A stretch of 64,000 nucleotides of DNA, taken from positions 7,095,070 through 7,159,069 of the forward strand of contig NC_068990.1 in assembly GCF_001194135.2 (NCBI RefSeq). Reading direction: 5' to 3'. Position numbers and translations under genes: made by a program. This DNA is from Octopus bimaculoides (lineage: Eukaryota). The notes under the pieces are model-generated. The model saw only the letters and a program-made list of their open reading frames with translations, made no database searches and was not told where the DNA came from. This document shows positions 39,633-53,193 of this stretch, one piece after another (positions within the stretch are counted from its first letter, which is position 1; every line of letters starts with the position of its first letter).

Positions 39633-39840
39633 ACATCAAGACATCAAAAGAAGCCGTTGATAAATTCAAGATACTTGTGAAACGAGTGACAGATCTCTTG
39701 GAATGTCAGATTGATGGCACTTTGGAGAAAATGTCAATGACAACACTCTGTTCTATACCCGATAATCATGCATTAACCATTGATGATTTTGTTGAAGAAA
39801 CTACCACAGTCGTAGCAGAAGCTGCTACTAACTTAAGTGT
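39633..39840 (+). CDS. DNAH5: DNAH5/8-like exon 9
   Basis: tttcag acceptor, gtatgt donor chosen to match the phase of exon 10. YIKTSKEAVDKFKILVKRVTDLLECQIDGTLEKMSMTTLC resembles [23 protein letters not shown]. Confidence 0.9.
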
Positions 39841-41605
39841 GTATGTATTTCTGTTTGGGTATAAGACCAAAATTTTCTTCTTTCTCTCCATATGTATCCA
39901 GTTAAATGTCAATCCATTTTTGGGAGCAAACACTCTGGAATTTTTCCTTTATGTCATATAAAAGTTGACACAAGTTTTTCACAGGCAACAGCTCAACATG
40001 TGCTGGTTGGGGGATTATCTTGTGTATGAATGTTACTGTTAGTAAATAAATTTTTTCCTTACCATTACACATTTTGATGTAAAACATCAGTTTACAGATT
40101 TCTCAACATCATTATTAAAGAAGCAATGGCACATAATTAGTATGATACATAGTAAAAAAAAAAGCCTACCTTCATTTGTTATAAAGGCTGGACTGTATCC
40201 TTTTACCCATATAATTCACTACAGTTACCATGTCTCTTAATGGGTAGTACTTACCGGTACACAACACCAACTTTTAACATCAGCTAACTTTTTCTCGACT
40301 TCAACTTTAATCTTTATGCTCTCCAATGCCATTGACTATTCATCAATGCATCAAGCTGTTCCTGAAAAAAGGAGACATAGAAAAGTCATCTAACTTAGCC
40401 TGAACACCCTGTGTATATATGTATGTGTGTAGTGCATGTCTGTGCTTGTGTGTTAGTGTCTCTTTGTTTTGACATCACATGATTGTTGTAAATGACTCAT
40501 TTATTTCCAATATTCTGCAAAAACATGCCTGGCCAAAGGGGAAATATTACCTTTTTTTGGAAGAAAGAGAAGGGCATCCAACTGCAAAAACTCCGCCTCA
40601 GTACAACTCCATCTGACCCATGCAAGCATGTATATTATTTAAATGATGATGATGATGATGATAAATAATAGGACAGTAGCATGTCATGTATTCAATTTTT
40701 TTCACAACTATTTTGCCTAATAGTAGAAAACAAATTTTATGAGGAAAGAAAAGGAAAAGAAAAAACTGACATTTGATGCAGAGTTTTAGAAAAACTCATC
40801 TGTTTTGTGGGTATATTTGACAATTAACTTTCTATAATTCTGTGTCAGCTCTTGACTGGCAGTGATCATTTCCACTTTTGTAATGCAAATGTATTGCGTT
40901 TCATTTATTTGAAGATATCAAAGGATGCAATTTCAAAAGTGTCTGCTTTACCTATTATTAATGTAAAAGAAATTATAAATGAGCAGCTGGCATTCTAACA
41001 TGTAACACTCATCACTTTGGAATTAATAACTATGATGATTAAGCTCTGGATAAAGAGTTAACTCCAAATGATATATTGTCTCAGAGCTGAATGATGTGAA
41101 AATGAAATTTAGAAAATACCTTTCAAAATAGATTCAGTCATTGCAAAGAACACTAATAGGATTTTCTTTGAATAAGGTGATTAATGACTGGTAAAACCTG
41201 ATCAAATGAAAAGTGCTTAAATATATGTGAAAAAGGACAGGAGAATGAGAAAAAATGTAGATGTGCATTCACAATGAAATTAGCTGAAGAATCCGAAGAC
41301 TTCAATGGTATATTATCAATGCTGCTTTATAATTTACACACAATGAAGATTTTCAACTATCAATTAGAACCTGAACATTTCTCAGGAGAGAATAATTGTA
41401 CATTATTTTCTTAAGGAAAGTGCTTAAATATGTGAGACAAGACAGGAAAACGAGAGAAAATGTAGATGTGCATACTCAATGAAATTATATATATAATAAG
41501 GGTGAAAAATTGAATATTGATTTGATTAATATCAATTTAAAACCAATGGCCTAGCATATTGAAAAAATCTGAAGATTCAGAAAAATTATATTACATACAT
41601 ATAAG

Positions 41606-42043
41606 AGGGATGACTACTAAGTGGACATCCATTATGCTAGAAGTAGATCACCTACAATCCGACCACTAAGGAAAGATTGTTCTCAAGAAAATTCAGCAAA
41701 CACCAGAACGTAAGCAAGTAAGACAAATGAAAAGATACAAAATATCAAGGTTAATCATGGACCGGTTTCATTGTCACCACTTAGGCGGTCACCACAGACA
41801 TCTCGTGCACAGTTCTGCAAATTATATTGCCAAGACGATCATACTGAAGAGTTGCAGACAATTACGTAAGTGGTGACAACAAAACCGGTCCATGATTAGC
41901 CTTGATATTTTGTATCTTTTCATTTGTCTTGCTCGCTTACGTTCCTGTGTTTGCTGAATATTTTTGAGAACAATCTTTTCTTAGCGGTCGGATCGTAGGT
42001 GATCTACTTCTAGCATAATGGATGTCCACTTAGTGGGCATCCC

Positions 42044-42044
<1 letters not shown>
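41606..42044. repeat. Palindromic element (about 180-bp arms)
   Basis: 41606-41785 is the reverse complement of 41868-42044. Confidence 0.9.
41838..41896 (+). ncRNA. Hammerhead-like fold (G12 to A)
   Basis: atcata-CUGAAGA-guug...caac-AAAA-CCGG-UC-catgat. The mirror arm retains GAAACCGGUC. Confidence 0.6.
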
Positions 42045-42092
<48 letters not shown>

Positions 42093-43232
42093 NNNNNNNN
42101 NNNNNNNNNNNNNNNNNNNNNNNNNNNNNNNNNNNNNNNNNNNNNNNNNNNNNNNNNNNNNNNNNNNNNNNNNNNNNNNNNNNNNNNNNNNNNNNNNNNN
42201 NNNNNNNNNNNNNNNNNNNNNNNNNNNNNNNNNNNNNNNNNNNNNNNNNNNNNNNNNNNNNNNNNNNNNNNNNNNNNNNNNNNNNNNNNNNNNNNNNNNN
42301 NNNNNNNNNNNNNNNNNNNNNNNNNNNNNNNNNNNNNNNNNNNNNNNNNNNNNNNNNNNNNNNNNNNNNNNNNNNNNNNNNNNNNNNNNNNNNNNNNNNN
42401 NNNNNNNNNNNNNNNNNNNNNNNNNNNNNNNNNNNNNNNNNNNNNNNNNNNNNNNNNNNNNNNNNNNNNNNNNNNNNNNNNNNNNNNNNNNNNNNNNNNN
42501 NNNNNNNNNNNNNNNNNNNNNNNNNNNNNNNNNNNNNNNNNNNNNNNNNNNNNNNNNNNNNNNNNNNNNNNNNNNNNNNNNNNNNNNNNNNNNNNNNNNN
42601 NNNNNNNNNNNNNNNNNNNNNNNNNNNNNNNNNNNNNNNNNNNNNNNNNNNNNNNNNNNNNNNNNNNNNNNNNNNNNNNNNNNNNNNNNNNNNNNNNNNN
42701 NNNNNNNNNNNNNNNNNNNNNNNNNNNNNNNNNNNNNNNNNNNNNNNNNNNNNNNNNNNNNNNNNNNNNNNNNNNNNNNNNNNNNNNNNNNNNNNNNNNN
42801 NNNNNNNNNNNNNNNNNNNNNNNNTATAATGTGAACATTTAATATTTAGTAGGCATGCTCTTTGCATTTTTCAATATATATATATATATATTTATGAGGG
42901 TAGAAATTGATATTAATCAATTTGAACCAGTGGTCTAGCATATTAAAAAAATCCGAAGATTAAAATTATATTACATACAAAAATAAGAGGAATGACCAGC
43001 ATGATTCGGCATCTATTTCTAGCATATAGGAGTCCACTTTTGCTGGTCATTCCTCTTATTTTTGTATGTTATATATATATATCATGTAACTGGATGACTG
43101 TTAGTTCTTCGGAGTTCATCCACTCTTTGACAGGTCCTTTCCTACCCTGCAAGGTGTCTGAAGCCTACACTACTCATCAACTTTGATTTCAGTGGTTCAA
43201 CTTAATAATGATTATTTTATATTTTATTTCAG

Positions 43233-43453
43233 TTCAAGCAAACTGATTGAAATGTCTGTTGGGGAACTTTTTGATTTATTGAAGTCAAACTTGGAACTAG
43301 ATGTGAAAAAATACCTTATAGCCGAGAATGGTTACCCATGTACTAATCCAGATACCAAATATAAAAATCAGGCTTGCAATGAATGCTTAGCTTGCGGTTA
43401 CCATAACATGCTAATTTACTTCACACAGAAAAACACCGATGCTCTTGTAAAGA
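43233..43453 (+). CDS. DNAH5: DNAH5/8-like exon 10
   Basis: tttcag acceptor, gtaagt donor. SSKLIEMSVGELF...YFTQKNTDALVK resembles SSLVEEAVNELV...HFNHQNMDALLK. Confidence 0.9.
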
Positions 43454-45565
43454 GTAAGTAGAAACTGTTTCCATTTCAATTACTCACTTGTATTAGATTA
43501 TAAGTCACATGAGTCAGTGTTGAGACTGTTAGGTTGTAGACCTGCTGACTGTAGGATGGAATGTTTAAATTTTATCATTGCTTTGGTATGTTCCTAGCTA
43601 AGTAACTTAAACTTTTAATAGATTAGCTCTTAACAAGTACTGTGGGAAATGAAATTTCTGTAGTAGTGTATGATAACTGTATAACTAATAAGAAGCTTTT
43701 CAGTTTGCAATGCTTTGAAAGAAGGCACCACTCAATTAAGTTCTATCTCAAATGTTACAATAAACAAAACATTTATGGTGTGTAAACAACTTGAGTAGTG
43801 CTACTTTTATAACTGTGAAGACAATATAAAAAAAGTTTTCTTTTGAATATCTAAGCTAAATAGAGTTTAGAATTAAGTTTTGGAGCATTTAGCACATTTA
43901 ACATTGGACCCTTTGGCAAGTTATTTTACACTTCATGTCTCAGCTAAGCTTAAAACTGATATAGTTGTTATTGTTAGACCCAGGGCAGTTCAGATTCAGG
44001 AGACCTATTATCAAAGGTACTTCATCTGTGACCATCTGGTATTTTTCCTAGACTCAGTGCACCCAGGACAACTTTATCCAACGTAATATGAGGGTGACTT
44101 GGATGTTATATTTAGCAGTTCAAATTATACATAGAGGTTTCTTGCCTGGCTTGTACAATTTTATCACTTGTCTCAAGACTAGAAAAATTATAAAAAATCA
44201 ATTATCTTTACAGGAAGTCTATGTTTATGTAGTTTAGTCCCAGGTCAATGCTGTATAAATAACACATGATAGAAAAACCCCTTTCCAGCCACAATAGCTT
44301 GTTATCATAGGATTTGAATCGAGAGATATCCTGATCACAACTGAGTTTATTTTGCTGTCTACTGATAAAGCAGTAAAAAGGATGAAGACTCCCTTTGATC
44401 GTGAATGACCATGGGATTGCACCTACAAAGTTCTCCTCTGAGGGACAAGTCTGGGCAAGGTTGTTTATGGAAGACCAGCAGTCACCCATGCATGCCAGCC
44501 TCTCCTTCTCCATGCCACCAGTGTTACCCAAGGGGAAGGCAATGTATGACATAGCTTGGTACAAGTGACTTTGCAACTCATTTCTACAGCTGAGTGAATT
44601 GGAACAATGTGAAATAAAGTGTCTTGCTCCAGAACACAACACACAGCCTGGTCTGGGAATGGAACTCACTACCACATGAGTGTGAGCCCAACACTTTAAC
44701 CTCTGAATCAGGTGCCTTCACAATAAAACAGTAGTGAAATATTGAAATGCTTCTATAAACATTTTTTGGCAAGTTTAGATGTGAGCTAAGGTTCTATGCC
44801 ACATGCTGCAAGATCTGGATTCCGAACCAGTCATTGATCTCTGCTTTACAAAGAACATTGCTATAACTGACAGACTCTATTCAACAGGAAGGAGAGAATA
44901 AGTATCACTCCCACTTTTCATTGAATGACTTTTGTAATCATTTATATCCTCCCAAAAAGAAAATTTGCTGAGTCATCCACACAGAATACATTGTTAGAGT
45001 CATCAAGGACAAATACATTAAACTTTTCTTTTTAAAAGTGAAAATTATTTCAATATTATACTTATCATGTCTTTAGAGAAGCTATGCTATGTTTCAAAAA
45101 TATAAATCAGTCTTCAGACACTACAGTTTGTAAGTAGTTTTTAGCTTTATTATCTTAAGCATTTCTTTTAATTTAATTTACACTTTATTATATTAAAGCT
45201 GTAGTTTATGGTTGGGATAGCCAGCAGTTTTATGCCTATATACATTTCCTTATATATGTCAATGATTTAGGTCTTAATTTAACATTACATGTTGAAGTAG
45301 TAAGCTGGCAGAATCATTAACACACCGGGCAAAATACTTAGTAGCATTTCGTACATCTTTATGTCCTGAGTTCAAATCCTGCTGAGGTTGACGTTACCTT
45401 TCATCTTTTATGGGGGTTCAATAAAACAAGTATCAGTTGAGTACTGCAGTCAATGTAATTGACTTATCCACTTTCCCAAAATTGCTGGCCTTGTGCCAAA
45501 AGTTGAAAGCAATATATCTTTACATGTTACTTGATGATAACATCCAAGGTGATAACATCCATAAG

Positions 45566-45926
45566 TGCAGGAGTAGCTGTGTGGTAAGTAGCTTGCTTAC
45601 CAACCACATGGTTCTGGGTTCAGTCCCACTGTGTGGCACCTTGGGTGTGGATTTGGTAGACGGAAACTGGAAGAAGCCTGTTGTATATATGCATATATAT
45701 ATGTATGTGTGTGTATAAGTTTGTGTGTCTGTGTTTGTCCCCCCAACATTGCTTGACAACCAATGCTGGTGTGTTTACGTCCCCGTAACTTAGTGGCCTG
45801 GCGCAAAAGTGTCCGATAAAATAAGTATTAGGCTTACAAAGAATAAGTCCCAGGGTCGATTTCTTCGACTAAAGGTGGTGCTCCAGCATGGTCACAGTCA
45901 AATGACTGAAACAAGTAAAAGAGTAA
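45566..45926 (+). mobile_element. CORE-like tRNA SINE family C; other copies 23885-24120(-), 52960-53130(-), 53701-54000(+), 55020-55196(-), 62725-63021(-)
   Basis: gcaggagtggctgtgtggtaag...ggttcagtccc...ggcaccttgggcaagtgtc (MIR-CORE-like motif). Confidence 0.8.
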
Positions 45927-46852
45927 GGTACATTGTAGTACCACATAAAAAAAAAAAAAAAAAAGTTTGGTTTTTTTCAAATATGCTTGTTGCAACAAGT
46001 GCATAAAATAGGGTCAGTGTAATTCAAAGTTTAAAGACATGTAACACCAACTACAGAGTTTGGAATGTTCTGCATAACAGAAACAGAGTGAAATGATTAT
46101 TTTACACACAGTTCAAGAGCACTTCAAGCAAATGTAGGTAGAGAGAGGGAGTACAGAAGAAGAGAATTAGATAAATAAAAATACAATGACATCATAAACT
46201 TTACTACATCTTGGTATTTCCTTTCTTCTTCACTCTCCATATTTAAGTCTCCTCTCATTTTTTCTCCTTCACTCTCTCTCTCTCTTTCTCCATTTATCAT
46301 TATCAACAACACCAACAACTCTACTGCCACTGCTACTATAACTATTTCTTATTCTATTTGACTTGCTTCCTTTAACATTATACAAACAGCAGGTACATAA
46401 GAACATATAATTGTATAAGGCTAAAAGTAAAAATGCCCTTCGGTCATGAATGACCATGGGACTGCATCTAGAAAGTTCCCTTCTGAGGCACAAGTCCAGA
46501 TAAAATTGCTTGTGGAAGGCCAGCAGTCACATAAGCATACCAATCTTCCTTCTCCTCATCACAAATGTGATCCAAGAGAAAGGCAAAAACAGATACAGCT
46601 TGGTAACAGTAACATTACAACTCATTTCTACTGGAGCAATGTGAAAAATAAAGTGTCTTGCTCGTGAACACAACACACAGCCATCTGGAAATTGAACTCA
46701 TAACATCATGATTGAAAGTCTTATGCCCTAACCACTGAGCCATATAGATTGTAAGTCTGATGCTCTAGCCACTGAGCAATATAGATTATCACCATTATTA
46801 ATATTAGACATTGAGTCAGTTATACTGTTGTCAATATTATTGTTTCTTTTAG

Positions 46853-47091
46853 GTACTCGTATGACTCTTAATTTGTTGAAAAGAACACTTCAGAGCAACA
46901 CTCAGTATAAAGGAGATGCAAAATCTTACTGGCAGCCAGCCTTATTCAAAAGCGACATAATTCTTGAAATCCCAGATGTAGTCCTGAAACCTAGCCTTGA
47001 AGATCTACAGCATGGGCTTAACAAAGCAGTGAATATTATCATCAATATGGCCCAGAATATTGAGCCATGGAGGCACTTGGCAACTGCTGTG
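46853..47091 (+). CDS. DNAH5: DNAH5/8-like exon 11
   Basis: ttttag acceptor, gtaaac donor. TRMTLNLLKRT...LEIPDVVLKPSLEDLQHGLNKAV resembles TRNTLEAIRKR...[23 protein letters not shown]. Confidence 0.92.
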
Positions 47092-48289
47092 GTAAACAAT
47101 TCATTTTATTACTAACATTTACTTAACCAAATGCCTTTTTTGGTTGGAATTTCTAACTTGATGCATCCGTTCATAATGATGAGGATGATATCATTATTTA
47201 ATGATGTCATCATTAATATAACATTATTTTCTTATGAATCTTTTGATTGGTTGGGGGTATAAGCAAACAATGTATATATATATATATCAGCATGTGATTG
47301 GAGCCATTGTAACATGATTTAATGAAATTCACTTTGTGATTTTATATCAACAACCTTCTGAGTGAGCATCGGTCAAGTACTAGAGTCCATTCCACACAAA
47401 AAGAAGTGGTTTTGTGTCTCAGCTAGAAATAAATATATTTATTGATACCTCAATTTCTTAAAAACTGTTGGGGTTAAATAAAGGTACCATTGCTTTGATT
47501 CTCAAATTGACAAATAGAAGCCAGACCCCCCCCCCCCAAAAAAAAAGCAAAATTTTTTCCCTTCTCTTTTTTTATTAACAAGTAGACAAACTAGAGTATA
47601 GAATGTCCATCCAAATGACTCTACTTTCTTTGCTATGATGTTGGACAAGTTTAAAATTTTCTTTCTATCTAAATTTTATCAAATGAGGCAATTTGTTTGT
47701 CCCTTTTCAATCCCCACCTTGTCCGATTCTGAAACACTGCACTAGAATTAATGTTGTTTGGATTTCATGAAATACTGCAGAATTGGTAGATATATGTCTT
47801 TTAGTTCCAATACTTATAATTATGAATATTTATGAATATTTTGTTTGGCTATTTGACATTTAATCACCAGCATAGTTTTTATGTCTCCTATTTCTATATT
47901 AGTACGGATTACATAAAACTTGGTGCTATTTTCTATAGCTGGATGCTCTTCTTGTCATTAACCTTTTCAAGAAAGGTATTTATTCTCCTGATATATATAT
48001 GCATGCAGCTAACCCCCCACCCCCACCTCCACACACATTTAAAAGCTTTTGTAAAAGTTACTTGATACATTTACAGTAATTAGAAAAATACTTTTGACAG
48101 TTATTAACTATTTAAAAAAATTTGTTTGATTAACAGAATTTCACTAAGCTTTGTGGAAGAAGCCTGTATATTGTCTGTAGTTTATGTCTAGTGTGTCTTT
48201 TGTGTGTAAGCACTTTCGTTTTCTGACATTTCAAACATATGCATTCCGAGCTAATACATAATGAAGAAGTTATATTTTTTTTAATAATG

Positions 48290-49250
48290 CTGTTAACTAT
48301 TTTGGGTTTAGTTTTGGATTTAAAATTCTTATTAAGTACTCTTCTTTTACTTTTCATAGTTGATCATGTTTGTCTCATATTTTGTAAAATGGAAATATTT
48401 AAAGTTTACTATTTGCACAAATGTCTAGATGTTTATTACATAGAACATTTCTAAGAGATGAATCTTTGATTTGTTGTCTATGCACATTTGCACAGCTGGT
48501 TAGTTTTGTCCCTGTTTCCCCAATGTAATTCTCATTGCATTGTAGGCTTGTAATGTAGCAGATGAGATTTTTTGCTTTGCAATTCATGTTATCTTTTGGT
48601 TCTTCTTTCCTCAATTATTTCACATGTCCCATGAGGTTCTTCACAGTGTTTTTACTTGTATTATTTCTTCCTCTGACAAGAACCTCAGCTTTGTTAGAAG
48701 TCTCTCAAGATTTAGTGCTTGTCTTCGGTTGTTGATGGTTTGTGATTTTTAAATTTTTTGGTGGAAATTTCATAGTTGATACAGAATTGGGAGGCATCGT
48801 TTGCCTGAATGTAGGATTGTGGGTTCCTATAAATGGAATATTTATGTTTGTATTTTCGTTTTCACCCTTAGCATGAGTGTTTCTTTGTAAGGTATAGATC
48901 AAGATTTCTTTTCTCTGGTTATGCATGATTTATTACATTTTGGAGTATTTATGTTTTTGAAGTAACATATTTAGTTCTGCTACTCATTTCTCTCATCTAT
49001 TGGTATTTGTAGCTATCGAGCACACATGTCTTGCCATACTGACTCATATGTTCCTTTTTGTATGGGAAGGGTGGCAAGATTTAGAATCTAAATCTCAATG
49101 TGTGCTTTTGTCCTTACAGCAGCCATCAATTGTATATGTCTCATGCTAAGGGTGAAACGAAAATACAAATAAAAATATTCCGTGCAACACTGCAGTTCTA
49201 ACACAAGCATCATATAATCTGCTTTTCACTCTGTAGGAAAACACCTTTAT
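48290..49250 (-). pseudogene. Penelope-like element remnant with GIY-YIG endonuclease
   Basis: CKAKNLICYITSLQCNENYIGETGTKLT...HRQQI...CNKHLDIC, then KEEYLIRILNPKLN. Confidence 0.8.
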
Positions 49251-49269
49251 TACCAGCAGTAGCCCTCAC

Positions 49270-49845
49270 TCCCTGAACTTTTTCCAGCTCATACTTACTC
49301 TGGTTACTATACTCTCAGAGCAGCCAACGCCCTTGCTAATTGCATCTCCTAGGTAACAAAGTTATCAGCTACTTCTAGCAAGCCAACTGGGAATTTGATA
49401 GACAAAATTTGTGATGTCCTCACATGAACTGTTCCAGTACATCTGCAACATATGAAGCTCTTACATTTATGGTTTCCGTTACATCTCTTGTGTGCTCATA
49501 GCCTACATCAAGTACAGTGTATAGAGTTTTATACCTGCTCCTTTTCTGTATATTGAACAAAGACATTTCCTTGAAGGTACAGGTTCCTGTATTCTTTCCT
49601 ACTTGCTAAAACCTTCATCTTCTCTAAATTTACCTTAAAGCCTCTCAATTCCAGGATTATCTTCCATACCAGGAATTTCTATTTCCCTTGTGGATTCAGC
49701 TATGAGAACTAGATCATCAACATATAGGAGTTCTCATGGACATCCAGTCTTAAACTCCTCTTTGAAAGCTTGCAGGACTATGGTGAATATGAGGGGCTGA
49801 GAACTGAGCCTTGAGGAACTCCAACCTTCACACTTAATTCTTCAC
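49270..49845 (-). pseudogene. RTE LINE RT fragment
   Basis: VKVGVPQGSVLSP and, frameshifted, ELLYVDDLVLIAES. Confidence 0.75.
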
Positions 49846-49861
49846 TCTGTGTGTGTGTTGT

Positions 49862-49906
<45 letters not shown>

Positions 49907-49999
49907 GTGTGTGTGTGTGTGTGTATGTGTATAAGTATATAAGTATGTATGTGCATGAACGTGAGTGCATGTACATCTGTGTCTTCTTGTCTTGACAGT

Positions 50000-50190
50000 A
50001 TGATTGATGGAAATGAATGTCATTCATTTCTAATATTTTGCAAAAACATATCTGGCTGAGATGTTGGGGACATATTACTTCGCTTGGAAACAAGTAAGGG
50101 TTGGCAACAGAAAGGGCATCTAGCTGTACAAAATCTGCCTTGCTAAACTCCATCTGATCCATGCAAGCATAGAAAAGTGAATGTTAAAAC
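50000..50190 (+). mobile_element. SINE-like 3' fragment with RTE-type tail; related copies about 5825-6045 and 40460-40660
   Basis: Shared gggcatc(c/t)a(a/g)c...aaa...ccatctgacccatg motif. Confidence 0.55.
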
Positions 50191-50959
50191 AATAATGACC
50201 GTATATGAATATATATTGTTACTATTATGTTAAACTTTCGTATATCCAAATTTGGCCAAATGTGTTTTTTGCAATATTTATTTTTGCTTGCAATAGCCAG
50301 TTGTTTTGGTCAAACTATCATATCTCCAGCTGCTTCAGATGCCACGATGTCAAAAATTGTCAAAGTGTAGTACAATGGTTTTGTTATGGAATGGTGAAAC
50401 AATTTATTTGTTTTCTGAAAAAGCAACATGTTGGACTTACAACACTTTTGCATAATAGAAACGATATATATATATTTACATGCATGTAATTTTTATTATT
50501 AATAGTGTTTACTTTGGCTATTCTAAACAGTATTTGTTAAGATGAAAGTTTCCTTATATATCATAGGAATTGGTAAGGGGAATTAATGAGTTGGGGTTGA
50601 AGCATAAATAGATGGTGAGAGAGGGAGGACATTTTGACTTAGAAGTAGTAAACAAAGAGAAATGCAGTAGAAAAGGAAGAAAATATCTAATGTGCTTAGT
50701 CATCTTGGTAATATTCTATTTTATTGACTATTTCAGTAAAGGTTATTGATACAGCTAATATAATTATGTCAAATAAGATTGATTTTCTTTTTAGGAAAAT
50801 ATTTAGTTTTCCATGAACAAACATCTAATTCCCAATTATATGTTCACTTATAATTTACCAATATATCAGTTTTTATACATACTTATGTAAATAAATATGC
50901 ATACATCCTAAAAAATATGTATATATGTGCACTCATACACATACATATGTATACATATT

Positions 50960-51180
50960 TAAATGTGGCATGGAAGAGAGGAGAATGTGTTGGTTTGGAT
51001 ATGTGCTGCATGAATAAAGACAGCTGTATACAGAAGAGCCTGTCACTGAAAATGGATGGCACCTGTGGAGGAGGGAGACCCAGGAAGACATGGGATGAAG
51101 TGGTGAAGACTGATCTCAGGACGTTACAGTTCATGGAGAAAATGACAATGGACCAAGATGTTTGGTGATATGAGGTTCTA
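50960..51180 (+). pseudogene. RTE LINE C-terminal fragment
   Basis: DGTCGGGRPRKTWDEVVKTDL. Confidence 0.7.
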
Positions 51181-51832
51181 GAGAAGATCCACTCACGTCA
51201 GTGAAAATGGGTGCTAGAAGAGAGCAGATTGGAGTTCTGGGTACCTCTGTTGCCTGAGTCAAGAATGGTTCTGACATTCCAACATGCTAGGTGGATAGAT
51301 ATTTAATGTGACTCAAGAAAATTTCCAAACGCAGTCATACAAGTATGTGCATATATATGTATCATGTTAACTATAGTTTGACTTTAGCTAAGACACCAAG
51401 AGGAGGCCATTTGGCAAAGAAGAAGTTGTAAAATTTATCTGAATTTCTCTAGGGTTGAAATTACAGGCTGTATTCTGAAAGCAGTGGTCATACTTTACAA
51501 TTTACATAAAGCATGAACTCTCGTAACCTGAGGTAGCTGTAACAGAGTGTGTCTATATTTATATTGACTTTGTAGGGCTGAAAAATTAGATTCACTAAAT
51601 ATATAATTTGAAAACTGAACATGCTAACAGCATTATATCGTCAATATTAAACTGCATTGGATGTTGTTCATGTATCTCCATGAATCATATATTTTTCTCT
51701 GCATATGAATTAATAAAATCTCTGCAACAAAGCTTGCTGAGGTTTTGTACCTTAAATATTTTGTTTCTGCATTTAGCAATTTGCTTTTTAATCTTTTCTT
51801 TTTTTTCTTTTACTTATCATGTATACATTTAG

Positions 51833-52045
51833 CCTGACATAAGCGAAGCAGAAGTTGCGGAAAATGGAGATGAACAAACAAAAGTGGTACCTGATCAATC
51901 ACCAAAGACATTCTTCAAAATAATTAGTGAACATAAGGACATTGTAAAAATTGTGATCCAGCTAAACTCCACACTTACCATCATGAAATCAACTGTTCAA
52001 CAAATTCTGAAAAAATTTACAAAATATTCAGAACTTTGGACTCGG
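51833..52045 (+). CDS. DNAH5: DNAH5/8-like exon 12
   Basis: tttag acceptor, gtatgc donor. PKTFFKIISEHKDIVKIVIQLNS resembles [23 protein letters not shown]. A small extra exon between 11 and 12 cannot be excluded. Confidence 0.88.
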
Positions 52046-52114
52046 GTATGCATCTCATTTTGTTTACTAAATTATTTTCATGAGAGATTTTGGTAGTATT
52101 ATAGGATACAGTAA

Positions 52115-52197
<83 letters not shown>

Positions 52198-52224
52198 CAC
52201 ACACACATATATAAACATATATAT

Positions 52225-52409
52225 AAGGGAATGCTGAAAAGTTCCTGGCTTTGGGTAAAAGAAAATATAGGCAGATCAGTTAATAATGGTTTATTGAATA
52301 TATTCCCCTCTCTGATTCACACACTTATTGCAGCAGTCCTTCAGTTTTTCTAAGCCCCGTAAAAAAAACTTTTGCAATACCCTTTAAACCGGGAACTTTT
52401 CAGCACTCC
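52225..52409. mobile_element. Mariner-derived MITE
   Basis: TIR atgctgaaaagttcctgg / ccgggaacttttcagcact. Confidence 0.65.
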
Positions 52410-52530
52410 GCCCTACACACATATATATAAGTACATACATACATACACCACACACGCATATGCATACCCTAGAGTCTTGAACAGCTTAGCCATGGATAAA
52501 AGATCTAAGTAGTCAGTCGACTTTTGATAT

Positions 52531-52573
<43 letters not shown>

Positions 52574-53160
52574 ACACACACAGACACACACACACAGAGT
52601 TACGTTTGCAGTTTCTTGGTCCCTGAACTTCTGATGAAGTAGGTTTATTTAACATTTGGTATGGCATATCTCCGGCTTTTTAAAAGCCTGTCAGTTCCCA
52701 TCCTACCCTAGGTCTGTAGAGAGCCGATTTATTCTAGAAAATAAGGAAAAGAAAATGCTGGTGAAAAACAAAGAGAAAAGTAAAAGAATTGATCACTGTA
52801 CTGGACTAGTACATTATTTATCATTTACCATAAGGATAAAAGGCAACTAAACTTGAGAGTACAGAGAGCTGGAATGTCACATGACACTCTAGCCAATGCT
52901 CTAACAATTCTGTTATCTCACTACCTTGTATGGCCATATCTTCCTACCTATATATATATATACACACACACACACATACAATGGCCTTTTGTTTTCCATC
53001 TACTAAATCCACTCGCAAGGCCTCAATTGGCCTGAGGCTATAGTAGAAAACACTTGCCCAAGGTGCCATGCAGTGGGACTGAACCCGGAACCATGTGGTT
53101 GGAAAGCAAGCTTCTTATTACACAGCTATGTCTTTGCCACCACATGGCCATGGCTGTGCC

Positions 53161-53193
<33 letters not shown>

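Noticed and set aside
41212-41488. About 70-bp direct repeat (41212-41282 and 41419-41488)
   Set aside because: It is a simple local duplication with no array, spacers or cas genes; not CRISPR.
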